A stretch of DNA of 32,000 bases from Pseudomonas phage phiKZ. Under the pieces are notes generated by a model. It was given only the letters and a program-made list of their open reading frames with translations, searched no databases and was not told the DNA's origin. How positions within the stretch are numbered: the stretch's first letter is position 1; each line of letters opens with the position of its first letter. Positions 1 to 18,155 of this stretch are shown here, one piece after another. The position numbers and the translations under genes were made by a program. The stretch lies in the sequence record NC_004629.1; one strand, written 5' to 3'.

Positions 1-49
1 AGTTTATCATCGATTGCATGTTTTAATGATTATTAACCATTAAGATAAT

Positions 50-1609
50 TTAATTAGAAACTTCTTCTTCGATTTCAACATCATCTAAAGTTTCAGTGCT
101 ATCATCTTCTACAGTTTCAATAACTTCTTTTACTGGTAGTTTTGCATAAGGATCAACAACACCAGTGAACCGCTCAACTTTAATCTGTTGAGACAGCCAT
201 GCTGCCATTAGTGAAATTAGTGATTGTGTATTGAGTTCACGTAGAGTGGCCTCAGGATACATTTGACTAAATTCATCAACTGCTAGCAGATATTGCCAGT
301 AAACATTTTCTGTAAAGAATGTTTTACAGATAAGTTTACCAAAGGTGATATAAGGATTCTTAAGATCTTCAGTCGTCATCGTACTCATTGCTTCTTTAAT
401 ACGATATTCGAGTTCATTAACATGGCGATCTTTAAGTTCAGTATTAATGACACCATCCATAAATGATTCATGAATGTCATTGCGTAGTTTACGTAAACCT
501 TTATCCATAGCCGATTGTTTAATCAGCGGATATACTGATAGCCAACGTTGAATAAACTGTTCTGAGTTATTAAGAATCTGTTCTAGGTAAATGTTATTAC
601 TACCTGCTACAGCTGCACCAAGGATAGCTTGGATGTCACCACCGGCTAATTCAAATTGAGGTGCAACATCACCATTAATGATTACTTTGCAACGAGAATT
701 AGCAACTACATTATTAGCTTCTGAGGCTAGGATGAGTAGACCCGCATCACGATCAGCTTGACGACGTTCATAAGCACGCTTGAGATAGAATCCAAACATC
801 TCATGTAGTTTACGAATAGTTAGTGACCATGTTTCTAGGTCAACATCACTCTCGCCAATAACTTCAACCGGGTTATCGATGTAGTGACCGCAAATCATGT
901 AAGCCAGAGCTAGTGAATCAACAGTGAATGGGAAGGACCTACCCACAACATATTCAAGTTCACCTGGAATGAGAAGACGACCATCATTGAAGATAGAATT
1001 CCACACACCTTCAATAACAGCGGCACTATTAGGAATAGATAGTAGCCATTCTTCAACTTCAGTTTGATCTAGATGCGGATTACCCATTGACACTAACCGA
1101 ATAATTTCATTAGCATCAATTGATTCTAGAATAAAGGTACGATACTCAGGTAGCGGCTGTAAATTATTGTATCGTGTACTAACGTGTGCAGTTAAGCGGG
1201 GATCACTATGAACTGCATTATAGTGGTAGAATGTAGCGCTTACATCTGGTTGACAACTAATGCTTTGACGCTCATTAAAAACACGTACCATATATTCAAT
1301 TGCAGGGCAAATAACATTCTGCGTATTGAATTGGATCTTTTGTAATGATGAGCAGACATGTGCAATCAGAGCTTCTTGCTCTTCTTCTACACTAACAGGT
1401 TGCTCTTGGTTAGCTTCCTCGAAGAACTCTTCTACAGATGCTTCCAGCTCTTCAGAGAGGGCAACTTTATTAGAGTTGCCATCTACACTGAAACCATCTG
1501 CAAAGACCGCAAGGGGATATGTTTCATTAGGGATAACTAGAACAAGGTTATCCTCAGTTAGACTACGTGCTGAGCCAACAATCGCAGCTTGGGTTTCTTT
1601 ACAGAACAT
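50..1609 (-). CDS. 519-aa protein of unknown function, last gene of the RNAP operon visible here; probably virion-associated
   Basis: Long ORF with a strong Shine-Dalgarno (AAGGAGTG) before the ATG, same strand and tightly packed behind the RNAP genes. Glu-rich segment near the N-terminus and an acidic C-terminus. Function inferred from context only. Confidence 0.6.
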   Translation of the reverse strand: MFCKETQAAIVGSARSLTEDNLVLVIPNETYPLAVFADGFSVDGNSNKVALSEELEASVEEFFEEANQEQPVSVEEEQEALIAHVCSSLQKIQFNTQNVICPAIEYMVRVFNERQSISCQPDVSATFYHYNAVHSDPRLTAHVSTRYNNLQPLPEYRTFILESIDANEIIRLVSMGNPHLDQTEVEEWLLSIPNSAAVIEGVWNSIFNDGRLLIPGELEYVVGRSFPFTVDSLALAYMICGHYIDNPVEVIGESDVDLETWSLTIRKLHEMFGFYLKRAYERRQADRDAGLLILASEANNVVANSRCKVIINGDVAPQFELAGGDIQAILGAAVAGSNNIYLEQILNNSEQFIQRWLSVYPLIKQSAMDKGLRKLRNDIHESFMDGVINTELKDRHVNELEYRIKEAMSTMTTEDLKNPYITFGKLICKTFFTENVYWQYLLAVDEFSQMYPEATLRELNTQSLISLMAAWLSQQIKVERFTGVVDPYAKLPVKEVIETVEDDSTETLDDVEIEEEVSN

Positions 1610-1620
1610 TTTAACACTCC

Positions 1621-1818
1621 TTAGATATTGAGGTTCTTCATTAAGCGAGCGTTTAAAGCTGCTGCAATATCAGCCTCAGTTAAAAACTCCCCATTCAGAG
1701 ATGGGGAGCTGGTGGTGCCACCAAGCGATTGTAGAATTGCTTGAGTACCTAGTTTAACAGCAGCATGAAGAACAGCAATGTTCTGACCATGTGCTACATT
1801 ATTACTTAGCTTTTGCAT
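1621..1818 (-). CDS. Small 65-aa hypothetical protein, translationally coupled to the RNAP beta gene
   Basis: GAGGAAAC SD before the ATG; the start overlaps the beta stop by 17 nt. Confidence 0.6.
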   Translation of the reverse strand: MQKLSNNVAHGQNIAVLHAAVKLGTQAILQSLGGTTSSPSLNGEFLTEADIAAALNARLMKNLNI

Positions 1819-4800
1819 TAGTGTTTCCTCTATATACAGCTACAAGATGTTTTCCAGCTGCCCACAAGATACCAGTTGTTGTAGCAATGATTTTAGGAGA
1901 TAGAACCATTCGTTCTTCTACCGATGTATTACCGAATAGTAGATCAATATTACGGCCATCTTCAGTTTCATTACGTCCAGTCATTACACGGGAGAATACC
2001 GTTTTCATCTGGTTAGCTACTACGCCTTTATCTCCAACACCACATGGGATATCATGATCGATATACACTCGAATAATCATGTGGTCATATTCTAAGGCTC
2101 GTCCTTTCACTCGATAGTTAGCATCTACTTGTCCAGTGAAAGTAGGTTCTTTCAATGATTTAGCTCGTTCAGCGCGTTGTTTATCTGACGTATTAGCTAA
2201 TGCTTGTAAACTTGGTGTCATATCGTCTATTTCACCATGATAGAAGCATTCAATCTTTGATACTGTACCTACGAGCTTAGCACGTGGCGAATATGCTGAT
2301 AGTTTGCGTAATGTCTCAATAGATGCCTCGTCATATAGTGAGTGAGCAGCTGTTTCAGGATCTTCAATTATACATAGAATTGAATTTAAGTCGACATGAT
2401 CCCCAACTTTCACCATATCTCGAATAGTCTGATCAAACCTAACATCGATATTCTTGATTGCAGTTGTTTGAGTATTTAACCTTTTAGCTAGGTCTTCAGA
2501 AATAACTGAACCGTCTTCTAAAGTGTCAAGGTTATCATCAAATGCTACAACAGCCATACAACCGGCTTTCCATAATACTTGCCCAGGCGTATACCTATCT
2601 TCAGAGAAATAACGTTTGTTATATGTGATAGTATCTCCACGTTTAAACTTATCACCTTTCTTTAATGAGGTAACAAGAATGTGTGGATAGTTAACACCAG
2701 CTGCTGTGCCATGAACTGTACCTAATTGATATCCAAATACATTACCATCGGCATATTTAACTTGGATACCATATTCATCAATAGCTACAACCTCACCATC
2801 TTGTTCTGCTGCTACAGCAAAGATAGAACTAGTCCTTTGGGCTATGATTTGTTCATAGCCTGTACGAACTGGTGTAACTGTATACCCATCAGCATAAATA
2901 CCTTGCTGCTGCTGAATTGAGATAAAGTTAATTCGCTTAGGGTCATCATGTTCGGTTGCAACACCAAGCAGTGCACTAGTTGAGAGTAGTCTAGCTGGCC
3001 CATCTGTCTTTGGATCAAACATACGCGTAACACCACGCATGTTTACAAAGTTAGCATCAGGTACTAAGTAAGCAATAACACCAACGTCACCTGAGTCCAC
3101 AGTTGATTCACTAACCACACCAACATCCGCTTCACCGTAAATACGTGTACGTGCAACCATTGAAGTTGGACCGCGTCCACCATCTCCACGATAAGTCATC
3201 GCTTCTTGTTCACGGATATTTGCAATGGGGTTAGAATCTTCAATAGTGGCTACTGTCGGATCTTGTACAATCTTGCGCCAGATCACGTGTGGATCTAACT
3301 CGACAGTTTGCACTGACCCACCATTACGCATATTAAATACACGTACCGCTCTATTGAGTTCATTAAAAATAGCCCCTGCCATGCGCTCATAACCACGATA
3401 GCGCATATATGCACCATCTACTTCTGCTGGACTCCAGTCGTTCGTTAATAACTCGACAGACCGATAAAGCAATCCTTCAAAAGTAGTTGGTTCACCCATC
3501 TCCTTGAGTAGACCCTCAGTGATTGGATCGACCCATGCTGAGAAGAGTGTATCAATATCACGTGTAAATCTATTACTTAATCCAGCTTCTTCAAGAACCC
3601 TGAAGTAAACATCTCGTTTATTGAAATCATAAACAGAATAACGCCGCAGTGATTTATGATAACGTTTGAGTCCACTTAATACAAGCATTGCTTTATAATC
3701 AGCTCGATCAAATACTAGGATCTCATCAGCGAACGCTAATGTATAATCCGTACTATTGACAACAATCCTGGTACCACGCTGATGACGCTGATAATTAACA
3801 TTCAACTTCTTAAGTAGATTGTTTAAGCCATGGTGATATGCTAAAATGAAACCTAATGGTAGCTCTTTACCACCAATTGACATTAGAATAGCTTCTAACG
3901 GCGCTTTGGTTAGATCTAAGCCAAGTATATCTGTAATGGTACCAATAGGTTCTAGCTCATTACCTGTTTTCATGTAAAAGATGGAATTCTTATCTAACAA
4001 GATAGCATCAGTGCCATTGAACCCCACCATTATCAAATCATCAGTTTCATAATCTTCGATATGTAATCCTTGTTTTGCAAAGAATTCATTACGATCTTTG
4101 AAATTAAAATAGAACACATTACGGTGATTATGGAAGCCTTTAAAAGCTGTTCCTAAAGTAGTGTACACCCTTGGTAGAACATAGTTGGATTGATCTAATT
4201 CAGCATAGGTAACTGAATGTACAGACATATCACTTCCATCTAATGCACGGTTGGTAATCGCTCTGATTAACCAATTATCAAAGTTGTTTTCAGCACGTTC
4301 AGATCTGGTCACAAAGGTCTTATTATAATAAGAGGTCAATGCAACTTTACGTGGATTAACTTTACGAATTGGAATATCAGCACGTTGTAAACGTTGGCGA
4401 TATGTTACCCCATTAGACATGAACCTACCGTCATTATCAATGACAGGGATACGGAACATTACTTGTGAACTTCTACCACGAATAGGCTTTAATGTAACTT
4501 TGTGGATTTGGTAATGGTTACCAGAATCGCGTACAGTTTCAATTTTGTAATTAGTTACTGATACGCCTTGTTTCTGAACAGATAACACACTGTTTAAAAT
4601 ATCTTTCTTTAATAAGACCTTGTTGTATTTGCGTTGGATGGCTTTTAACTTACTACCCAACATTGATTTATCAACAATGGTTGGCTTATCTTCAAAAGTG
4701 GTGTCTTCTGGAATCTTAAGATCATCTGGATGATATTCCATCGCCTCAGCGATCGTCATAGGTTCTACTGATTCATCATTAGGATCGGTAAATGGATCAG

Positions 4801-6157
4801 GTAGACGACGATACATAATCGAATCTTCTTGAGCTTGCTCGAATGTATTCGCAGAAATCATATTCACGCGATACATGTCGTATGCTTTAGCTCTAATGGC
4901 ATCGATTAGTTTATCTTCTTCATCAACTTCAGTATTGATGAATAACTCATCTTCTGGTACATCTGTTACAATGAGTTCCTTCTCTTCTTTAATTTGGCGA
5001 GAAGGTGAAGATTCCAGTGGATCTTTTTCAATGATAAGCTTTGTTACCTCAAGATCACTTTCTGGTGGTGGGGTATATGTTACCTCAATTGCGCCAATAT
5101 CAATTAAGTTAGTTAAGTTGGTTGGGTCAAATTGAACATCATCAATAACATCAACTTCAGTTACTTCTTCTTCAACGTTATTAGACTCAACATCCTCAAC
5201 CTCTTCTGCTTCACCTTCTTCATAACTAACCGGAGTTTCTTCATCAACAATAATATCTTCATTAAAGATAGGCGTATCTTCTTTAATTAATGAAGTATTA
5301 CCTTGGTTATATTCAACCATCGCTGATACTAGTGAAATAAGGCGCCTAGCTATTTGCTGGGTATCATAACCTTTATCATCTTTAATTTCTGGATCACGAC
5401 GCCATTGATCAAGCATCCCTAAGTTAATAACAAAGAATGAACTTTGTACACGGAATAAAAGATTAATGTTACCGTAATACTTAGCATCGATGACATTCAT
5501 GAAAGAACTTTCACGATCATCAGAAACCCAGCGAACTAAATCAAATATATTTAGAATATCAGGTGTATTGAATTGATTAGCTAGATCTTGAGTTAAACCC
5601 CCTCGTAGTTTATTAAAAGAAGAAGGAGGTGGAACTAACTCAGGTAAGTGTACATCAATGAACTGGTTCCAACCAGGAAAACGTTCACATGCAGCCGCTA
5701 CGCCACTCCAGAATGTACGCATGTCATTTGACCAACGGAACCATGTAGCTTTATAAGAAGCCATATAATTCCATTGAGGGTTAATTAAATTATAATTCAT
5801 TACCAGAATGTTCTGGTTTGATAATTTAAAACCGGTATCACTGCGTAAAGGTTTAAAGAAACGGTTCTGGCGGCGAAACTCTTGAATCATTGTTGCTGGG
5901 ATATTTGAAGTCCTACGTGGATTACCTTCAAATGTAAGCATATCAGTAACATGCTCAATATATACTTTACCTTGATGTTTGGAGAATAATGGGTCTGTTT
6001 GACTAGGACCCATTACTGCATTATTACCATCGAAGAACTGATAAATGGATTCGAAAGGTAGATCAAGTTTATTTAGAGCATGCAACTTAGGTGACTGAAG
6101 TTTAGCATATTCGCGTACACTATAATTTTTCAGAAACTGTGTAATATTTAAGCGCAT
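1802..6157 (-). CDS. Phage multisubunit RNA polymerase, beta subunit (likely virion RNAP, phiKZ gp178-like)
   Basis: 1451 aa. Beta-like blocks: 'VMFRIPVIDNDGRFMSNGVTYRQRLQRADIPIRKVNP' and, near the C-terminus, 'DHMIIRVYIDHDIPCGVGDKGVVANQMK...NTSVEERMVLSPKIIATTTGILWAAGKHLVAVY' (counterpart of the cellular GDKMAGRHGNKG...VPSRMNIGQ region). It ends before the C-terminal clamp region, consistent with a split beta. SD AAGGGA upstream. Confidence 0.85.
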   Translation of the reverse strand: MRLNITQFLKNYSVREYAKLQSPKLHALNKLDLPFESIYQFFDGNNAVMGPSQTDPLFSKHQGKVYIEHVTDMLTFEGNPRRTSNIPATMIQEFRRQNRFFKPLRSDTGFKLSNQNILVMNYNLINPQWNYMASYKATWFRWSNDMRTFWSGVAAACERFPGWNQFIDVHLPELVPPPSSFNKLRGGLTQDLANQFNTPDILNIFDLVRWVSDDRESSFMNVIDAKYYGNINLLFRVQSSFFVINLGMLDQWRRDPEIKDDKGYDTQQIARRLISLVSAMVEYNQGNTSLIKEDTPIFNEDIIVDEETPVSYEEGEAEEVEDVESNNVEEEVTEVDVIDDVQFDPTNLTNLIDIGAIEVTYTPPPESDLEVTKLIIEKDPLESSPSRQIKEEKELIVTDVPEDELFINTEVDEEDKLIDAIRAKAYDMYRVNMISANTFEQAQEDSIMYRRLPDPFTDPNDESVEPMTIAEAMEYHPDDLKIPEDTTFEDKPTIVDKSMLGSKLKAIQRKYNKVLLKKDILNSVLSVQKQGVSVTNYKIETVRDSGNHYQIHKVTLKPIRGRSSQVMFRIPVIDNDGRFMSNGVTYRQRLQRADIPIRKVNPRKVALTSYYNKTFVTRSERAENNFDNWLIRAITNRALDGSDMSVHSVTYAELDQSNYVLPRVYTTLGTAFKGFHNHRNVFYFNFKDRNEFFAKQGLHIEDYETDDLIMVGFNGTDAILLDKNSIFYMKTGNELEPIGTITDILGLDLTKAPLEAILMSIGGKELPLGFILAYHHGLNNLLKKLNVNYQRHQRGTRIVVNSTDYTLAFADEILVFDRADYKAMLVLSGLKRYHKSLRRYSVYDFNKRDVYFRVLEEAGLSNRFTRDIDTLFSAWVDPITEGLLKEMGEPTTFEGLLYRSVELLTNDWSPAEVDGAYMRYRGYERMAGAIFNELNRAVRVFNMRNGGSVQTVELDPHVIWRKIVQDPTVATIEDSNPIANIREQEAMTYRGDGGRGPTSMVARTRIYGEADVGVVSESTVDSGDVGVIAYLVPDANFVNMRGVTRMFDPKTDGPARLLSTSALLGVATEHDDPKRINFISIQQQQGIYADGYTVTPVRTGYEQIIAQRTSSIFAVAAEQDGEVVAIDEYGIQVKYADGNVFGYQLGTVHGTAAGVNYPHILVTSLKKGDKFKRGDTITYNKRYFSEDRYTPGQVLWKAGCMAVVAFDDNLDTLEDGSVISEDLAKRLNTQTTAIKNIDVRFDQTIRDMVKVGDHVDLNSILCIIEDPETAAHSLYDEASIETLRKLSAYSPRAKLVGTVSKIECFYHGEIDDMTPSLQALANTSDKQRAERAKSLKEPTFTGQVDANYRVKGRALEYDHMIIRVYIDHDIPCGVGDKGVVANQMKTVFSRVMTGRNETEDGRNIDLLFGNTSVEERMVLSPKIIATTTGILWAAGKHLVAVYRGNTNAKAK

Positions 6158-6159
6158 GA

Positions 6160-6345
6160 TTAATCCCTTTGTTTGGGTTCCCCAGTCATGTACCGAAGAG
6201 TTAAATTGAGTGTATGGACACCAACACTAAATGCCAGTCGACCATCGGCATGTATATATGCAATACGTTTCTTAAAGAAAGCATCTGTTTCAGCGATAGC
6301 TTCCTCTGAATAAACTGCGTTAAATGATACAGTGTCCCCGTCGAA
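6160..6345 (-). CDS. RNAP beta' N-terminal subunit, exon 2 (61 codons plus stop)
   Basis: Minus-strand translation: FDGDTVSFNAVYSEEAIAETDAFFKKRIAYIHADGRLAFSVGVHTLNLTLRYMTGEPKQRD*. It is in frame with exon 1 (...SILAPLGAD) after removal of 6346..7788 and restores the catalytic motif ADFDGD. Absent from the supplied ORF track. Confidence 0.9.
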   Translation of the reverse strand, partial: FDGDTVSFNAVYSEEAIAETDAFFKKRIAYIHADGRLAFSVGVHTLNLTLRYMTGEPKQRD

Positions 6346-6659
6346 CGTTATGTTCAGTATCAGTCGTTAATTGATACCCGCACCATTACGTGCAGCTCTA
6401 GCTCTCGCTAGAAGACCAGACTATATCTTCACCTACAGCATTATCTGTTTAGGTGCTCTCCATTTCGAGTCACTTGACCCTACGGGGCGCAACCCCCTAG
6501 TCGTTGAACGTTCCACATATTACAGTTAAGTAACTTAGCGGCTTCGCTGCTGATTGTCTCTACCTAATCATTTTCAAACATTCGCACTTACTGTTTCCAG
6601 TTATGCTGTAGTTGATTAGTTTAACGAGAGTTTCCAGCAATTAAAAGAGTAAAACATAT

Positions 6660-7733
6660 TCATTTCGGAATATGTGGACTTATGTATTTTACTGCATAAT
6701 TTCTAAAAATACAACCATGTTCAGATTTCCTTAGATGATAACCTAAGCAACCTGGTGTGACATTGAAAAACTCAGCAGCTTCCTTCAGTGAGTTTTTTAT
6801 TAATACAGCTTCAGATTCTAATGATTCAATATGAATTCTACGATGGGTTTCCACATATACGAGATTATCATTATTCCATGGCGTATCGTCATCTTCGTAT
6901 TTAAACTGTAATGACTGATTGTAAACAAGATTACTATTTTTAGTTAAACGTAATCTTAAAGTTTCACCATCTACACCAATTTCTCGGGCGCAGTGTTCTA
7001 TGCTGTAATAACGAGTTATATTGGTAGTTATAAGGTCTCTGACCAAAACTGCTTTGGAATTATGAAGTCCATTGATATGCGCATGTTCGCAATTTCTTTT
7101 ACGGGTAGCCCATTCAAGGTTTGTTAAATCATTACAATCTTTAATTGTATTTAAATGATTCACATCGAGTGAATCAACATTACCTGGATATTTTAAGAAA
7201 GCTAGACTAAGAAGACGGTGCATTCCTACAATTGTACGTTTACCTACATCCGGCTGAACACCATACATCAGATAACCATCTTCATTCATGTATGGTGAAA
7301 GATGATTACTGTTAACAGTGCTAAGTACTTGTCCAGCGCGATTAATCATGTATCTACTATATCCGGGAATATAACAGTATTCTTTTATTAATGGATGAGT
7401 AAGTTCGCCTTCAGGACACGCCCAAATAAAATTAGTTAGGCGATGATTACTTTTATTACCGTCTTTGTAAATAACGCGTAGTTTATGTAGTAACCGCATT
7501 GGTAATATGCAGTTTCTATACGTAACACCTAATACAACAGATAGTGACAAACCGTCAAACCATTCACCTGTTATATGTTCAGGAAAAAGATGTTCTCCTT
7601 CATCACTAACCATTGTGGTCAGTACGCGTTTACTTATACTTTCTCTAGCGATACCACTACAGCTGATTTCATACATGCCACCAGTATGTGGTATCTTTTT
7701 AAATCCTGGATTTTCAATGAATTTTTTTAACAT
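6660..7733 (-). CDS. Intron-encoded homing endonuclease, HNH_3 type with NUMOD4-like segment (357 aa)
   Basis: NUMOD4-like 'YIPGYSRYMINRAGQVLS' followed by 'MHRLLSLAFLKY...LDVNHLNTIKDCNDLTNLEWATRKRNCEHAHINGL', an HNH_3 signature; C-terminal repeated DNA-binding-like segments. Located wholly inside the group I intron. Confidence 0.9.
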   Translation of the reverse strand: MLKKFIENPGFKKIPHTGGMYEISCSGIARESISKRVLTTMVSDEGEHLFPEHITGEWFDGLSLSVVLGVTYRNCILPMRLLHKLRVIYKDGNKSNHRLTNFIWACPEGELTHPLIKEYCYIPGYSRYMINRAGQVLSTVNSNHLSPYMNEDGYLMYGVQPDVGKRTIVGMHRLLSLAFLKYPGNVDSLDVNHLNTIKDCNDLTNLEWATRKRNCEHAHINGLHNSKAVLVRDLITTNITRYYSIEHCAREIGVDGETLRLRLTKNSNLVYNQSLQFKYEDDDTPWNNDNLVYVETHRRIHIESLESEAVLIKNSLKEAAEFFNVTPGCLGYHLRKSEHGCIFRNYAVKYISPHIPK

Positions 7734-7737
7734 GGTT

Positions 7738-7766
7738 GTTATCCTATTTATTTCCTATAGGATAAC
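7738..7766 (-). promoter_or_regulatory. Perfect 10-bp hairpin covering the Shine-Dalgarno of the intron endonuclease
   Basis: Minus strand: GTTATCCTAT-AGGAAATAA-ATAGGATAAC then AACC-ATG. The 3' arm contains AGGA, 8 nt before the start codon. Confidence 0.6.
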
Positions 7767-7788
7767 TAGATATACAGTATTACAATTA

Positions 7789-9258
7789 ATCCGCCCCCAA
7801 TGGCGCGAGAATAGAAGGCGATATGGATACTGAGTCGTGCCACTGGGCTGGTTTATTTAATTCAAACACAGGGAATTCTAAGGCTGGTTCCAACGTATCA
7901 TCACGTTCCCATTGATCATTTAACGGATAACGTAATTCACCCACTACAGTTGTTTTAACATACATCTTACAGGGGATAGAGCTATTGTAGTTTTCTACAG
8001 GATATCGTGTAACAAACGCTGAGTTTGTTCGCCACATACTTAATCCACTGAGGTAAACTAACTCAGCGTATGTGATAGGTCTTACAAACTTCTTATTTAG
8101 GTTTGTAGGTAATTCGTCAATATTGCGGAATATCCTGAAATTTTGTTTATCATCGACGTAGATAAGTGCTAAATAATGATCAGCAATTTCAATTGCACGT
8201 GAACGTTTTTCAATGACATCTAACTCATTGATGATTTGTTCTTGCCCTTCAGGAGTTCCCCATAAATCCATATCTTCGTTAGATATATCAACCCATTCTA
8301 AACGTAGTGTTTTCTTATTGATGAGCTGCACAGTGTTAGTAACTGTATCAAACACTTCACCAACTACACCTTGCCTTAGTGCAAAGATTGTACGCGGTGC
8401 AACAGAACGAGCTGCTTGATGTAAGCCAACTACGGCATCTTTGAATGTTGGTCGATTAGGTGAATCAAGATCAGCCGCATTAGTATCTAGCGAACTAATG
8501 ACGTTACGGGTACCATTGGCAATACGACGGGATGCCCATTTAGATTGGATATAACCTCGTTTACTACCTGCTAATAACCTTTCATAATGTTCATAAATAG
8601 CTAATACTGTATTTTGCATCGCTACTCGTTTGCGATCATAGATACTCAAGTCATCGTTTGGTCCAAAACTGTCAGGTACACCAAACGACTGATTTAATAG
8701 ATATCTATAATGTTCATTGACCTCATCCATCTCAACACGATTATTCTCATCAATCTCTGCATCACGATAAGCAGCAGGTGTTACAATCATGTCTTTAAAA
8801 ATACAGTTATCTTTATATTTTTCGATTAATTGTAACCTTGATAGCCGAATCCCTGACTTAGTGGTCCCAAAGTCAATTCGTTTCCAGTTATCAAAAAAGA
8901 ATGTATAACCAGTTTTACCAGTTAGTTCATCAGCGCGGATAAAATCTTTAATAGATTCATCAAATACTGCAAATGCCTTACCAAGAATAATTTCTTCATA
9001 GAAAGCTTTTAATTTAATTAAGTTTCGATATACAACTGGATGGATAAGTTCTAAACCTAAATGGATATATCCAAATAAACTCTCACGATCAGTTGATCCA
9101 ACTCTTCCAAAAATGGAAACAGAGAACAAACCATCTTCATGAAAGTTACCACCTAAACCTTCAAATATCTCATGACTCTTTACTTGACCTAAGAACTTTA
9201 ATTGTTCTTTAGTAGGAATAAGTAAAGAAATATTAAAAGGAACTAATGCCTTCTTCAT
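7789..9258 (-). CDS. RNAP beta' N-terminal subunit, exon 1 (490 codons; virion RNAP, phiKZ gp180-like)
   Basis: 'LLAGSKRGYIQSKWASRRIANGTRNVISSLD' matches the beta' block KxGxxRxxLxGKRVxxSxRxVI. The last codons, 'SVSISPSILAPLGAD', lead directly into the NADFDGD-type motif, where the ORF hits the intron stop (TAA at 7786..7788). Spliced product is 551 aa. Confidence 0.88.
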
Positions 9259-9333
9259 TTTCTATTTTCCTATTTTGGTAATACTAAGTTAAACAACGAT
9301 ATGATACTTTACTAATCGTCAATGGAGTTTAAT

Positions 9334-18097
<8,764 letters not shown>

Positions 18098-18155
18098 ATA
18101 CTTGGAATAGTTATTTATTGTAACCATTCTTAAACCAATGTAATAGGTAATTAAC

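Larger units (their letters stand above)
6346..7788 (-). mobile_element. Group I intron (about 1443 nt) with HNH endonuclease, inserted in the RNAP beta' gene
   Basis: 5' exon ends in T (GCGGAT^TAATTG...), as at the T4 td 5' splice site (T^TAATTG); the intron ends in G (...GAACATAACG^TTCGAC). The 3' part contains typical phage group I core strings on the minus strand: GACAATCAGCAGCGAAGC, CGTTCAACGACTA and GAAGATATAGTC (P7 strands ACGACTA / TATAGTC). Removal gives an in-frame ADFDGD. Confidence 0.92.

Noticed and set aside
1326-2057. Plus-strand ORFs of 101, 60 and 88 aa antisense to the RNAP operon (likewise 2726..2920, 4875..5135, 7507..7833, 8213..8419)
   Set aside because: Lie antisense within well-supported coding genes, low-complexity composition, no family signal; treated as shadow ORFs.
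6660-7733. Considered an intein or simple freestanding HNH insertion instead of an intron
   Set aside because: Exon 1 ends at an in-frame TAA before the endonuclease, so a protein-splicing element is impossible; a group I core and in-frame exon 2 are present.
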